From Hyaloraphidium curvatum SAG 235-1 (Eukaryota; Fungi; Monoblepharomycota): a stretch of DNA of 64,000 bases. The notes under the pieces were generated by a model that did no database searches, was not told where the DNA came from, and saw only the letters and a program-made list of their open reading frames with translations. A program made the position numbers and the translations under genes. The DNA is taken from contig JAIVFI010000029.1 in NCBI GenBank assembly GCA_025558095.1, positions 434,001 through 498,000 of the forward strand. Reading direction: 5' to 3'. Numbering within the stretch: the stretch's first letter is position 1; each line of letters starts with the position of its first letter. Positions 24,540 to 36,950 of the stretch are shown here, in pieces.

Positions 24540-25631
24540 ATGCGATCCGCCGCGGCCGTCGCGCTCGCCGTCTTGGCCACCGCCGCCCTCGCAGATGCCG
24601 CCGCCGTCCACACCGGCCGTGGGTTCCGGTGCCTCACCCGAAGCCACAGCTACTCATCGATCGCCTTTCTCGCTCGCAGACGCCGACGTCGTGGACTCCT
24701 TCGGCGCCTCGGGCATCGAGAAGCGCGTGTCGGGCTCCGGCACCTGGTTCGTTTCCTGCCCCTTGCCATTCCGTTTCTCACCTCCCTGCCCCTCAGGTAC
24801 AATAGCAACGGCGGTCTCGGAGCTTGCGGCACACCCGTCTACGATTCGCAGGCCATCTGCGCCATCTCCGGTAAGTCTGCCCACCCACCGCCTCGGGGCT
24901 TCTCGCTGACTCTCCCCATCCGCAGGCGCCGACTTTGACCCTTACACGCCCGGCGGCAACCCGAACCGCAACTCGTTGTGCGGGTCGTGCATCACCATCT
25001 CGTACCAAGGCCGCTCGGCGAGCTGCAGGCTGCAGGACCGGTGCGTTTGCCCACCGACGGGGCGTCGATACCGAGTGATCAACCCTCCCTTTTCAGCTGC
25101 GAAGGCTGCGCTTCGGGCGACATCGACATGACTCCTTCCGTCTTCTCGCAGCTGGCCAACCTCGGCGTCGGCAGGATGCCCGTCACCTGGTCGTGGGTGT
25201 CTCCCGGTGCTTTCGATTGCACCTGCTAATCTTGCAACCTCCCTCGCAGCTTCTGCGGCTCAGCACCTGCTCCGCAGCAGACCACCCCGGCGCCGCCGCA
25301 GCCTGCCCCCCCCGAGCAGCCCCGCCCGGCCCCGCAGCCGCAGCCCCAGCCCGATCCCGCCCCGGCCCCCAGCAACCCCGAGCCGTCGAACCCCGATCCG
25401 CAGCCTACCGACAAACCTTCCCGCCGCCCGCCGACGTACGTCCCCAAGAAGCCGTCGTACAAGTATAAGAACAAGCAGGGCTACGGCAAGCACCACGACG
25501 GCCGCCCCGCCGCTGAGTGCCCCACGGGGTGCGGGGAGGGCATCTACTGGGCCACGGGCAAGTGCGTCGGCGGCAAGTGCGTGTGTACCGTCGGGTGGAA
25601 GGGCGAGCGGTGCACCGAGCCCGGCCTGTGA
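24540..25631 (+). CDS. Secreted RlpA-like double-psi beta-barrel (expansin/loosenin-like) protein with Pro/Gln linker and C-terminal EGF-like domain
   Basis: Signal peptide; GSGTW-Y...GGLGACG, NPNRNSLCG, DRCEGC...DIDMTPSVF; C-terminal CGGGIYWATGKCVGGKCVCTVGWKGERC; about 5 introns. Confidence 0.8.
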
Positions 25632-25927
25632 GCTCCGGCGTGCTTCCTGGATGCTGGCACGATCCGATGGTTGGATCTTCTTCGCGCGCCTCCCGGGTAG
25701 GCGACCGTTGCCTAATTCCACCCGAAACTTGTAGCCGTGAGCGGCTCGTAATGCCCTGAAGGGCAAGTAAGGGATGCTCTCTTCATCGAATATAAGCTGC
25801 GAATGCCCCTAATCTGGCTGTACAGGGCGGGGGCTGTGCTAGGTCCGCAACAATTCGGGGCGACCTCCGCCGGCCGCCCGACACCAAATACCGCTCCTCC
25901 CTGCCTGCCTCGCGGCCGGGCGACAGC

Positions 25928-27638
25928 ATGGCTGCTGCGCAAGCTCCAAACGCGACGGCGTATGGTGCGGCCGCCCGCCGCGCCGGCCTGCGGGTCGCCA
26001 TCGTCGGCGGAGGCGTCGCGGGCATCGGCATGGCGTACCGGCTGCGCGAGGCAGGATTCGCAAGCACGACCATCTTCGAGCAATCCGCTGGCCTCGGTGG
26101 CACGTGGCTCGACGCGCGCTACCCGAACTGTGGCCTCGATAACGAGGCGCACGCCTACACCTTCCGCTGGGCGCCGAACCCGCACTGGAAGTCGACTTAC
26201 GCGGACCGCGACGAGGTGCTGGACTACCTGAACAACATGGCACAGAAGCATGGGGTCCACGGCGCGGCAAAGTTCGGGCGGAAGCTCAAGACGGCCGAGT
26301 GGGATTCTGAGCGCGTTCTGTGGAAGCTCGAGTTCGACGTCGTGCGGACCGAGTTCCGGGACGTCCGCGGCAGAGCGCTCGACGGGGCGGCCCAGAAGGG
26401 CGTGCCGACGCTGGTGCCCACGGGGGTGACTGAGGAGGTCGAGGCCGAGTGGCTCATCAGCTGTAGCGGGAGCACCAACAGGCCGGTGATCCCCAAGATT
26501 GAAGGGGCGGAAGAGTTCCAGGGGATATCGATGCACACCGCAAGGGTGAGTGTTATGTGCCTCAGCCCTCTCCGTCGTTCGGGCTGACTTCCTCGTTCAG
26601 TGGGACACTTCGTTCGACCACACCAAGCCCCTCGATTCCGAAACCGGCACTACGCGGATCGTCGTCATCGGCACCGGCTCCTCTGGCGCTCAGCTTGTCC
26701 CCGAGCTCGCGCGGTACCCTCACAACCACATCACTGTGGTGCAGCGGACCACGGGATCGATCGTCCCCAAGTTCGCCAACAGGCCCTACACCGAGGCCCA
26801 GCGGGCAGCTTGGGCCGCCGATCCGGCGTCGCTGGAGGCTTGCAGGCAGAGTTTCCTCGCCCCGCTCGAGAACTTTGAGTCTGCATTCAAGGTTGGCAGT
26901 TGGGCTCAATGGATCCTTCGCACAGCGACAGACTGGTACACTTGGTGGCAAGTGAAGGACCGCGAAACGTACCTGAAGCTGCGGAACAAGTACGCGTTTG
27001 CTTGCGGGCGCCCGGTGTTCGACGAGAACTACCTCGCCTCGTTCAACCTCTCGAACGTCAAGCTCGCCAGCGGCTCCCCCGCCAGGACCAACGCCCGGAG
27101 CATCGTACTCGACTCTGGTGCCGAGATCCCCTGCGACCTTCTGGTGTGGGCCACCGGGTACGTCAGCAACTACACCAACGACTGGACGCAGGCCGCCTTT
27201 GGCCGCACCCACGCCGAGCTCTGGGAGTCCGGCCTCAGGGTTGCGCATCTCCACTCGGTCATGACCTGCGGGATGCCGAACTTTGCCTTCCTCAATGGCC
27301 CCAACCTCCCTACCGTGCCCTTTGCATACGGATGCGACGCCCACGCGAGGTACATCGTGCGCCTCGTCTCGCGGTGCGCGGATTTGGCCGAGGGAGGGAA
27401 GGGCTACCCCGCGCTGCAGCCCACCGCGGCGGCTCAGGAGGCGCACATGGCGTTCCTGAGGAAGGTGCTCGAGGGGACGACGTTCATGAGCGGATGCGGG
27501 TCGAGGTTCAACCAGGAGAAGCCTGGGAGCTTCCCGACAGCGGTGCATCCGCTGAGCTACAAGAAGGTCGAGGCGGAGCTGGAGGCGCCGTCGGATTGGG
27601 AGAGGGAGTACGAGGTCGCGTGGCCGGGAGCGAAGTGA
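25928..27638 (+). CDS. Flavin-containing (Baeyer-Villiger-type) monooxygenase
   Basis: GGGVAG, GGTW, FQGISMHTARWD fingerprint across an intron, second Rossmann motif VIGTGSSG, ATGY. Confidence 0.9.
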
Positions 27639-27820
27639 CGGCGTCTCTTCCGGCTTCCGGAGCATCGATCGACGAATATCATTGACATCGTATCTGGAGC
27701 AGTTTCTGATAACATTCTCGCTTCGATATGCCTTCGCAGTTTTCAAGCTGAACTCTTTCCTGACGTTCGTGCGGGTGCCCTTGCTACGCGCCTGACCTCA
27801 GTCACCTCCTGTCCAGAGCC

Positions 27821-30078
27821 ATGACGACGCTGGAGGACGCGTCCTCCCTCACGCCCGGCGAGGCCGCGGTGCTCCGGCGGCGGGCCGGGCAGCAGCTCGT
27901 CTCGGTCGTCGAGCCCGCGGTCCCCGGACGGAGCGCCGTGTTCGCGTCCCCTAAGACGCCGCTCGGGTCGAAGCAATGGGCGAGGGACAAGGCCGGCAAA
28001 CCGGACACTATGTGGAAGCTGTTTCAGCAGGGAAAGCACCTCGCCGGCGCGGGAGCACGGTGTTTCGGGACGCTGAAGGGTGACGCGTACCAGTGGGAGA
28101 CGTTCGGTCTGTGGACTGCCCCCACGCGGCGTTTGGATTCTGACGCGTTGCTATCGCCTTGGTGCTCCAGCTCAAGTTGAAGGCCGCGCCATCGCCTTCG
28201 GAACGTCCCTCTTAGGCCTCGTATCTCGGGGCAAGGACATGGTCGGGATCATGCTCACCAACTCGAGCGAGTGTGGGTTCTTCTGGGCGTCGCACGTCCC
28301 TCGGCCCGAGTCTCACGACCTCGTTCGTAGGGTATACGGGCGATCTGGCCTGCACCGCGTTCAACTTGGTCTCCGTGCCGCTCTACGTGACCGGGGACGA
28401 CCCCTTCACAACCCACACCGTCAACCTGACCGACCTGCCCCTGGTCATCTGCACCGCGCTGAACCTGCCCCGGATGATCCGCCTCAAGGCGGAGGGCAAG
28501 ATCCCCACCCTCAAGCACCTCGTTGCCGTGTGGCACTCGCCGACGCCCGAGGAGCAGAAGGCAGCGGCCGCCGCGGGAATCGCCCTCCACGAGTTCGAGG
28601 CCCTCGTCACGGCGGGCGCCCGGAATCCCGCCGCGCCGTCGCCAGCAACCAAGCCGGAAGAACACTGGTCGATCATCTGCACGAGCGGGACCACGGGCAA
28701 CCCAAAAGGTTCCATCATGACCAACGGCTCGTTTTCGTTCGGTTGCTGGAGCTTCACCAGCGATTTCCCCGGATGGAACCTGACCCCCGAAGACATTGAG
28801 TTTTCCTACCTGCCCGCCGCCCACGCCGCGGACAGGGTCCTCACCTGGGCCTTCAACTCGCGCGGCTGTGGGGTCGCCTTCGGCTCGGGCAACCCGGCTG
28901 ACCTGTTCCGGGACATGCAGCTCGCCAAACCAACCATCTTCCTGATGGTGCCCCGGATCCTGAACCGCGTGGTGTCGGCGATGAACAATCTGGTGGACCA
29001 GCAGGGGCCCGCGGCGAGGAAGGCGTTCGACGAGGCCTACAGACAGAAGAGGAGGATCCTGATCGAGGAAGGCAGGGTCACGCGGGACACGGAGTGGGAT
29101 CGGACTATGTTCAAGAAGATGCAGGACGTCTTGGGCGGGGCAGTGAAGTACGCCGGTTGCGGTGCGGCGGCAGTGGACGTCAAGGCTTTGGAGTTCACGA
29201 GGGTGGGTCGCCTGGCCTGGCTGCTCCAGAGCCAGCGCGCTGATTTCCGCCCAACAGGTGGTCTTTGGGGTAAACTCCGTGGAGGTGTTTGGCCAGACCG
29301 AGAGCGCCGCCGTCGCGACCCACACCGACAACTTCCTGACGCCGTTCGGCTCCAACCTCGGGATCCCCTACTCGTACATCGACATCGCGATCCGCGACGT
29401 CCCCGAGCTGGGCTACAGCGCCAACGGCACCCCCGCGCGGGGCGAGGTCCTCGTGCGCGGCCCGGCCGTGTGCGCCGGGTACTACCGCGAGCCAAAGAAG
29501 ACAGCCGAGACGATCGACGCCGACGGGTGGCTGGCGATGGGCGACGTCGCCGAGATCCTGCCGGACGGGACGCTGCGGATCATCGACCGCGCAAAGAACG
29601 TGTTCAAGATGGCGCAGGGCGAATTCGTCGCCCCCGAAAAGGTTCGTCCGCCGGGCGTTTGAGACTTCCCATGTTGATGGCCGATCACCCCCAGATCGAA
29701 GCCGTCCTGGGCCGCTGCCCCTGGGTAGGCCAGGTCTACGTTCACGGCGAACTGCGCCGGAGCTTCCTCGTCGCCATCGTCGTCCCCGACCCTGAGCGGG
29801 TCAAGACCTGGGCGGCCGCCAACAACCGCGCTGGCTCCTTCGAGGAGCTGTGCCACGACCCCGGTCTCCGCGAAACCATCTTTGCCGATGTCTCGGCGGT
29901 CGGCCGCGCCAACGGGCTGCTGGGGTACGAGGTGCCCAAGGCGATCAGGCTGCATCCGGCGCCCTTTTCTGTGGAGGAGGGGCTCATTACGGCGTCCCTC
30001 AAGAACCGGCGGAGCGGGCTGTCGGACAAGTTTGCCAAGGACATCCTCGAGATGTATGATTCGATCAAAGAGTATTAG
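27821..30078 (+). CDS. Long-chain acyl-CoA synthetase (AMP-binding, spliced)
   Basis: CTSGTTGNPKG, SYLPAAH, FGQTES, GEVLVRGP, IIDRAKNVFKMAQGEFVAPEKIE. Confidence 0.92.
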
Positions 30079-30221
30079 ATAGGCGGCTCGCGGGAAGGCG
30101 CCGATCGTGGACTCAGCGAGAACCAAGCGTCCGAACGAAGAAACCTTCCGTTTGCTTCACGACGACCTACATCATATGCTCTAGGGCTCTACATCGAGCC
30201 GGCACTCCCCATCGCGCCTTC

Positions 30222-33200
30222 CTACCCATCCACGGCCTGCAGCACCCCCGCCGCCTCGGCCACCACGTCCCCCACCGCCCTACCCGCACCCTCGGCCCGC
30301 TCCAGCAGCTCCCTGCTGATCCGCGCCCCGTGCGCCTTGTACGGCGCGTGCGCCAGCGTCAGCCGCATCAGCCGCGCGCAGGTGGCCGCCAGCCCCGCCG
30401 AGAGGGCGGCGGCGGCGGGGTCCGAGGCTTCCAAGGCGCGCTGCGAGAGCAGCAGCACGCTGCCCAGCCTGAGCATCGCGACGGCAGAGTGCGGCCCGAG
30501 GAAGGTGGGGCTGGGGTTGGCCTCGAACATGGCCTTGGCGAGCTGCACCCCCGCCACGGCGTGCGCGGCGGCCTCCGGGAACGAGGGCGAGGCGAGGAAC
30601 GCGCGCTCGTCCTCGGCCTCCTCCTGCGGGTCGCAACCAGGTTCGCGGCCGACGGCCATGTGGCTCCGCGCGGCGCACTGCGCGCCAAGGAGGACGAGCA
30701 TCTGGTGCGCGAACTTTTCCCCCGACGGCGCGCCCCACGCCCGGGAAAAGATGCGCTCCAGCCCCGCGGCGTCGCCCGTCTCGAGCGCCGAAGCCACGTG
30801 CGCGGGCAGGCCTGCGAGCAGCGCGTCCATTCCCCCGATCAGCGCGCGCATCGCGTCCCCGGCCCTCGATGCGGGATCCGTGTCCCACGGCGGCCCGGCG
30901 TCCGCGCGCGCTTTCGCGGCGCGCCATGTGACCCCCTCCCGCGCCGTCATCGCCCGCAGGTCCGTCAGCATCGCCACGCAGGTCGCCACGGCCGAATTAC
31001 CGGCGATCGATCCCCTGGCGAGCAGCAGCGGGACCTGCTCCGCCGCCAGCGCGCGCTGCCCGTGCGGTTCCCCCAAAAGGAGGAACCCGAACGCCTCCCC
31101 CGCCGTCACGGGCGGCGGCAGCCCCGCCGGATCCATCCCCTCGTGCACCGCCTCGAAGTCGGGATCCGCGCACGGCAGCCACGCCCCGGGCGGCGCCGCC
31201 GGCCCCGCCCCCACGCCCCACACGGGCTCCTCGACGTCCCCCAGCAAGGCGACAAAGTTCCTCGCGATCCACCACGTCCTGCTCGCTTCCTCCGCCAGCA
31301 CCCACGCCCCCGCCACCCCCGCCCCCGGCCACGGGAGCCCCTCCGCGACGCCGACCGACCCGGGGCCGTACATGAGCGCCTCCAGCGCCGCCCGCAGGGC
31401 GTGCAGCGCCCTGCCGTTCCGCACCGAGGCCGCGAGCGCGGCCTGGAGGAGCAGCGCCTGCGCCGCGCGCACACGCGCGGGCCTGTCGGCCTCGGTCCGG
31501 GGAACGGAGAGCAAAGGGCGCGCCCGGGCGACGACTTCCCATGCTGCGCGGGAGACGGCGGCGCGCTTGGCGTCCGGGGTCGAGCACGAGGGGCAGTGCG
31601 CGCAGGTGAGACTGGAAAACGCGACGAGGGTCCAGTACAATGCGGGATCGGCGTGCCCCGTGGAAGCGAGGCGGAGGAAGGTGCGCGGGTGCACGGCGTT
31701 GAACACCCTGTGGGTGTTTTCGAAGAAGTGGAGGAGGTGCGCCGCAATGCAGGCGGCGGGCATCGGGGGGCGGAGCTGCGATGGGGAGAAGGGGAGGGGG
31801 ACAGGCACGGCGGTGGGAGGGTCGGCGTCGGCCGGGGGGGATGGGAGGGGGGTGGGGTGCAGGGCGAGGGAGAGGAGCATGCTCAGCGAGGGGGCGCGGT
31901 CGAGCGGAGGGTCGGGGGTGAGCGGGTGCCACGGCTGCAGGGTGGTCCCGGGGGCCTGCAGGTCGGCCGGGGGAGCCAGGTGCGCGAAGGGCGCGGCCAT
32001 CTGCAGGTCCGTCTGCGCGGCGAGCAGGTCCAGCCCCGAGAACCCGGGGGATGGGTATCCGGCCGCGTAGCCGGGCCGCTGCACGGCGAAGTGCCCGTAC
32101 CCGGGCGCCGTGCCGACCTCCTCGTCTTCGACCACCTCGGCCGTCCCGGCATCCGATTCCACGTCGAGAGAAGGCGCCGCAGGGCGGGGAACGCGCTTGC
32201 CCGGTGCACGCGCCGGCTTGGGCTTGGACCGGGCAGTATGCGAAGCGGCCGCCGCGCCGCCCTTCTTCCTGGTCCCCTCGGTCGGAAGCTCGCATGGGAT
32301 GCCCCTGCGCGGAACGTATGAGGGGTCCGCCGGTGCAGGGTATCGGACAGTGGACACCAACCTGCCGACGCACCGCGTGCACGGCTCGCTCGCCACCTCG
32401 GCGCCCTCGGGGAACACCGCCCCCACGCACGTCTTCTTGTTCCTGCGAATCCCGTCAGCCCCCGAACACGCACCCGCGCCGCATGCAGACCCACCTGTGG
32501 CATTCCGCGCACGCCGTCTTGCGGGTCGGCACCTCGACCTCGCCCTCCTCGTACGCGCACCGCAGGCCCATCTTGGCGCACCGCTGGCACGGGTCGCCGC
32601 CGTCGCACTGGCGTTTTCTCTTGCGGCACAGCAGGCAGGCGGTGGGGCGGCGGCCGGCGTCGGGCGGCGGGGGGCGGGGTTTCTTGGCGGGGAGCGGGGA
32701 GGTCGGCGGAGCGGGGCGCTTCTTGGGTGCCGGGGCCGGGGGCGGGGAGGCAACTTGGGGAGGGGGGGAGATGGGAGGCAGTCGGGCTTGGGAGGCGTAG
32801 GAGGGCGGGTCGCGGTAGACGGCGGGGGACGGCTCGGGCCGTGCGTCGGGCCGGGGCTCGGCGTATGCGGGCTCGGCGTGCGGGTAGTCGGCGTGGTACG
32901 ACGGCGTGCGGTACGGCACGGCCGGCAGCGCGTGCCAGCTCGGCGACGGGAACCCCGGCGAGGCGTAGTACGGCTGCTGGGAGTAGGCGGCCGCCGGAGC
33001 ATAGGGCGACAGGGGCGAGGGCGGCCCCATGCCGGCCAGCGGGGGCAGGGCGTATCCGGCCCACGGCAGCCCGCCGTACTGCTGGCCCGGCATGGCGGGC
33101 ATCGGCTGGGCGTGCGGCGGCGGCGGCATCGGCGAGGCGGGCAGGGTCGCGGGCAGGCGGAGGTGCGGCGGCGTGCCCCACGAAGGCGTGCGCTCCCCCG

Positions 33201-33291
33201 GCACGCCGCCCCCGCCAAAGAACTGCGGCGACGGCGGCGAGTAGCGCGGCGGCTGCGCGTGCGGCCCGCCGCCCGGGAACGGGTTCGCCAT
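30222..33291 (-). CDS. Fungal transcription factor with two tandem Zn2Cys6 clusters
   Basis: ACLLCRKRKRQCDGGDPCQRCAKMGLRC, then ACAECHR|NKKTC...PCTRC|..IPC split by introns; middle region VHPRTFL, EEASRTWW. Confidence 0.85.
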
Positions 33292-33539
33292 GCCTGCGGC
33301 GGGGCGGAGTTCGGGCCGGGTGCGGGCGGCTGCGCGTCCGATCACCGACTCGCCGACGGATGATCTGCCGGCCCCCAAACACGTCGGCGGCCCCTCGGTC
33401 CGAAAACTCGAGTCCGGAAGCGCATCGGAGGGCCCGTTCCGTGCCGCCGGCACAGTCATCCCCCCGCCCGGCCCTCCAGCGAGGTGGCCGACCCGACGCG
33501 CGCGACCCTGCCACCGGGGACCGGCCACAGGCAGGATCT

Positions 33540-33950
33540 CCCGCCCCCGCGTCCCTCGCATCTTCCGCCTCGGCATCGCATCCTGCCACCCGTCCGCCTC
33601 CGTCTGCCGCATCTCCCGCCCCTCCGGCCGCCCCTCGCGCATCCCTTCGCGCGGGTGGGCAAGGGGTCTCGGGCGGCTTCCGCCGCCCTTGCGCGCGACG
33701 GGGATGCTCTGCCGTTGCGGTCCGGATCCTGCGGGCGCCGACGACGGTCCGATGGTGATGGATTGGTTGCACGGGTGGAGGTGGGGATGGGGAGGGGGAT
33801 CGGGGGAGGGGATCGAGCGGCGGGGCGGGCGCCGCAGGGGCTGGAACGGTGGGACAGTGCGGGCGGCTATCGGACGCCGCGGCGCGTTTGCCGCCGATTC
33901 CGTGCTCGGATACAGCCCGTCCCGGTCCGTCGATGCCTTGGCCGGAGCGA
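33540..33950. repeat. Conserved non-coding block, copy 1 (homologous to 54560-54960)
   Basis: Colinear shared motifs: ggggtct(g)cgggcggcttc, ctgccgttgc, ggtccgat..tgatgga, ggggatgggagg..gggatcg, gggctggaacggt(g/a)ggacagt. Confidence 0.7.
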
Positions 33951-33957
33951 AAGCCTG

Positions 33958-35325
33958 CTGTGGGTCCCGCGCTACAGCTCAGCGCGCACCACCGGGCAGG
34001 CGGACCCGGCGCGGACCCACTTTCCTGCGCACCGCACCGGGTGCCAGCAGGAACCTGTGGGGGCCAAGCCGCATCAGCATCATATGATACGGAAGGTCCC
34101 GGATCGCGTCCGCGCGTGCTCCCGCCTCCTGTAATCCGTCCGTCCGTCCCGTCCGGCGATCGGCACTGGCGCAAGAGCTGTGGGCAGGACAAGCTAGTTG
34201 AGCTGCGATCCACGGGACGCGGATCGCGAGCCTGAATGTGTCCACCTCCATCCGTCCGCCCTTCATCCGGCGAGGAGCGTGACCGCTGTGGGCGGATCAT
34301 CATTCTTCGATCCAAAGGTCGTGCGGATCGCAGGCAAGAATGCGCCCACCTCCCGTCCGTCCGGTCCCCATCCAGCAATCTGCATCGGCGGCGCGCAAGA
34401 GCTGTGGGCCCCAATCGTTGATCGGCGCTTCATGATCCAAATGGCGCGGATCGCGGGCAGGAAGGGGCCCACCTCCCCGTCCGGATCCACCTCCGTGTGC
34501 CGCAGTCCGCGCCGAAATGCCGATCCGCGGAGCTGTGGGCCAACGACGAGTACGTGGACGTCAGGCTTCGGATTGCCGTCGAACGTCCGTGCGCTGTGGG
34601 ATCAGGTTCCAGTGCGTGGTCCGTGAATGCGGCGGCGCCGTTCCCGGACGACACTGCCCCACCTCGAAGTACATCCGCGGTCCGGAGTCCGTGCGCAGTT
34701 GTGCTCAATCGCGAAGCGCCTGCGTGGTTCCAAGGTCGCCGTCCATCCCGTCCAGGGCGGTGCAAGTGCGCTGCCGATGGTATGTGCGCAGCATGCTGTG
34801 GGACGGCAAGACAAGATCACACCGCATCGGGATGCAATCAACGGCCGGGATGGTCCGACCTCCCTCCGTTGCCAAGTGTTTGCTGTGGGAAGCATTTCAA
34901 GCCAACGGTGAGGAGGACCGTTGTCCAGAGCGTGGATCGCCACCGTCCCACCTAGTCGATCGCGGCGGATCCGATTCCCCCCTCTCGATCTCCTCTCCAC
35001 GCCGAACCTGCCGTGAGCTCGTCCACCGAAGGGTCAGCCTGCTGTGGGAGCAAAGAGACGTGCTATAGATCAGGAGCAAGTCCGGATCGTTGCCGTCCGC
35101 GCGACCCACCACCCTGCTCCGTCCGGGATGTCCGATGTCCAATCTGGATCTCGATACGCCTGCATGTCTGTGGAACACACGGACATCACACACGATCACG
35201 ACTCGCAGTCCGATCGGGGCGGTGCAGGTCCCCCCGTGTCGTTGGTCCGCCCGTCAAAGCTGTGGGTCGAGACGGGATGCTGGCGCTCAGCGCAAGTGTG
35301 CCGATCGGAGCTCCGCCCGTCCCAC
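33958..35325 (-). repeat. Array 1 of about 10 hairpin intron-like units (GTGGG...CCCACAG on minus strand)
   Basis: Units start on + at 33958, 34055, 34178, 34286, 34402, 34594, 34796, 34883, 35042 and 35260 (CTGTGGG); each ends about 60-72 nt later at CCCAC or a close variant, usually followed by CT. Confidence 0.75.
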
Positions 35326-35986
35326 CTCGCAATCCGTCCCAGGTCCGGCACGGTCCCGGCGCAGCAAGGCCCTCGTCCGCAGCCGTGCTACGTCGATGTC
35401 CCGACTGGTGCCGATCCAGCTCTGCGATCCGGATTCCGTGGAGATTCGGCTTCCTGTGGCACAAAGCTTCATGGACAGGTGCAACCTGGCGGCGGACCAT
35501 GCCCGAGCCTTTTCCGCGGTCGAATCACTCGGGACTTCGTCCTGATCCTGATCCCAGATCCCGTCCATCCGACCTCCACACGTCCCAGTCCGGCTCCTCG
35601 GATTCTTCCCCGGCATCCGATGAGCTCGGCAAGTTTCCGCGTTGTCCGCGGTGCCGGCCGCCGACTCGGTCCCGCGCGTTGAGGGACGGCCACGGACAGC
35701 CGCCGGGGTCTGCAGTTGGCACAGAGATTCCGGAGCGCCACTGCGCTCGCTTTCAGCGGCCGGAAGATGAACGGAGGGGAGAGCATGCGGCGCCAGAGCG
35801 GGCTTGTGGGAGACATCTGCGGGGCAACGACTGGGAGGCAGCCGCTCCGTCGGGGCAGGCACAGGCGGCGACGTGAGCGTGACGGCCACACAGCAGTAGC
35901 TGAGTGCAGCCAATGGGGAGACGGGACGGCATGTGCGGGCGTCAAACAGACGGGTTGTTGGTGAGTCATCGGTCCGACCAGGCGAA

Positions 35987-36634
35987 NNNNNNNNNNNNNN
36001 NNNNNNNNNNNNNNNNNNNNNNNNNNNNNNNNNNNNNNNNNNNNNNNNNNNNNNNNNNNNNNNNNNNNNNNNNNNNNNNNNNNNNNNNNNNNNNNNNNNN
36101 NNNNNNNNNNNNNNNNNNNNNNNNNNNNNNNNNNNNNNNNNNNNNNNNNNNNNNNNNNNNNNNNNNNNNNNNNNNNNNNNNNNNNNNNNNNNNNNNNNNN
36201 NNNNNNNNNNNNNNNNNNNNNNNNNNNNNNNNNNNNNNNNNNNNNNNNNNNNNNNNNNNNNNNNNNNNNNNNNNNNNNNNNNNNNNNNNNNNNNNNNNNN
36301 NNNNNNNNNNNNNNNNNNNNNNNNNNNNNNNNNNNNNNNNNNNNNNNNNNNNNNNNNNNNNNNNNNNNNNNNNNNNNNNNNNNNNNNNNNNNNNNNNNNN
36401 NNNNNNNNNNNNNNNNNNNNNNNNNNNNNNNNNNNNNNNNNNNNNNNNNNNNNNNNNNNNNNNNNNNNNNNNNNNNNNNNNNNNNNNNNNNNNNNNNNNN
36501 NNNNNNNNNNNNNNNNNNNNNNNNNNNNNNNNNNNNNNNNNNNNNNNNNNNNNNNNNNNNNNNNNNNNNNNNNNNNNNNNNNNNNNNNNNNNNNNNNNNN
36601 NNNNNNNNNNNNNNNNNNNNNNNNNNNNNNNNNN
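35987..36634. other. Assembly gap (N run)
   Basis: 648 N bases. Confidence 1.
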
Positions 36635-36804
36635 AGTCGCCGGCGGCGGCGCCGTGGCCACATGCGGCCGGCGGGGCCGCAGGTTGTGGCCGGCAGTCGT
36701 GGGGGTCGCCATGGGAGACGGTAGCGGCGAGGTCGACGTTGGGTGCGTAGTCCGCGGCCGCGGCCTCCTGTGGTCCGCCGCTTATATGGTGCGAAGCGCA
36801 GGCA

Positions 36805-36942
36805 ACTCGCGAGTGCATCGCAAGTCGCTCGCGAGTGACTTGCGAGCGACTCGCGAGTGACTCGCGAGTCACTTGCGAGTCAACCGCGAGCCAACCGCGA
36901 GTCAACCGCGAGTCAACTGCGAGTCGAGTCGACCGCGAGTTC
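36805..36942. repeat. Tandem ~11-bp near-palindromic repeat (ACTCGCGAGTC-type), followed on minus strand by TATAAG
   Basis: About 12 degenerate copies; TATAAG on minus strand near 36785; an ATG at 36712 reads into the gap. Confidence 0.85.
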
Positions 36943-36950
36943 GCCCGCAC

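Noticed and set aside
31883-34414. Long Arg/Pro/Gly-rich ORFs (843 aa here, and similar 400-700 aa antisense ORFs elsewhere)
   Set aside because: Shadow frames expected in high-GC DNA; no domain motifs, and they overlap better-supported genes.
36805-36942. Left CTCGCGAG array as the 3' LTR
   Set aside because: Flanking sequence does not match the 45005-45480 LTR; only the repeat motif is shared.
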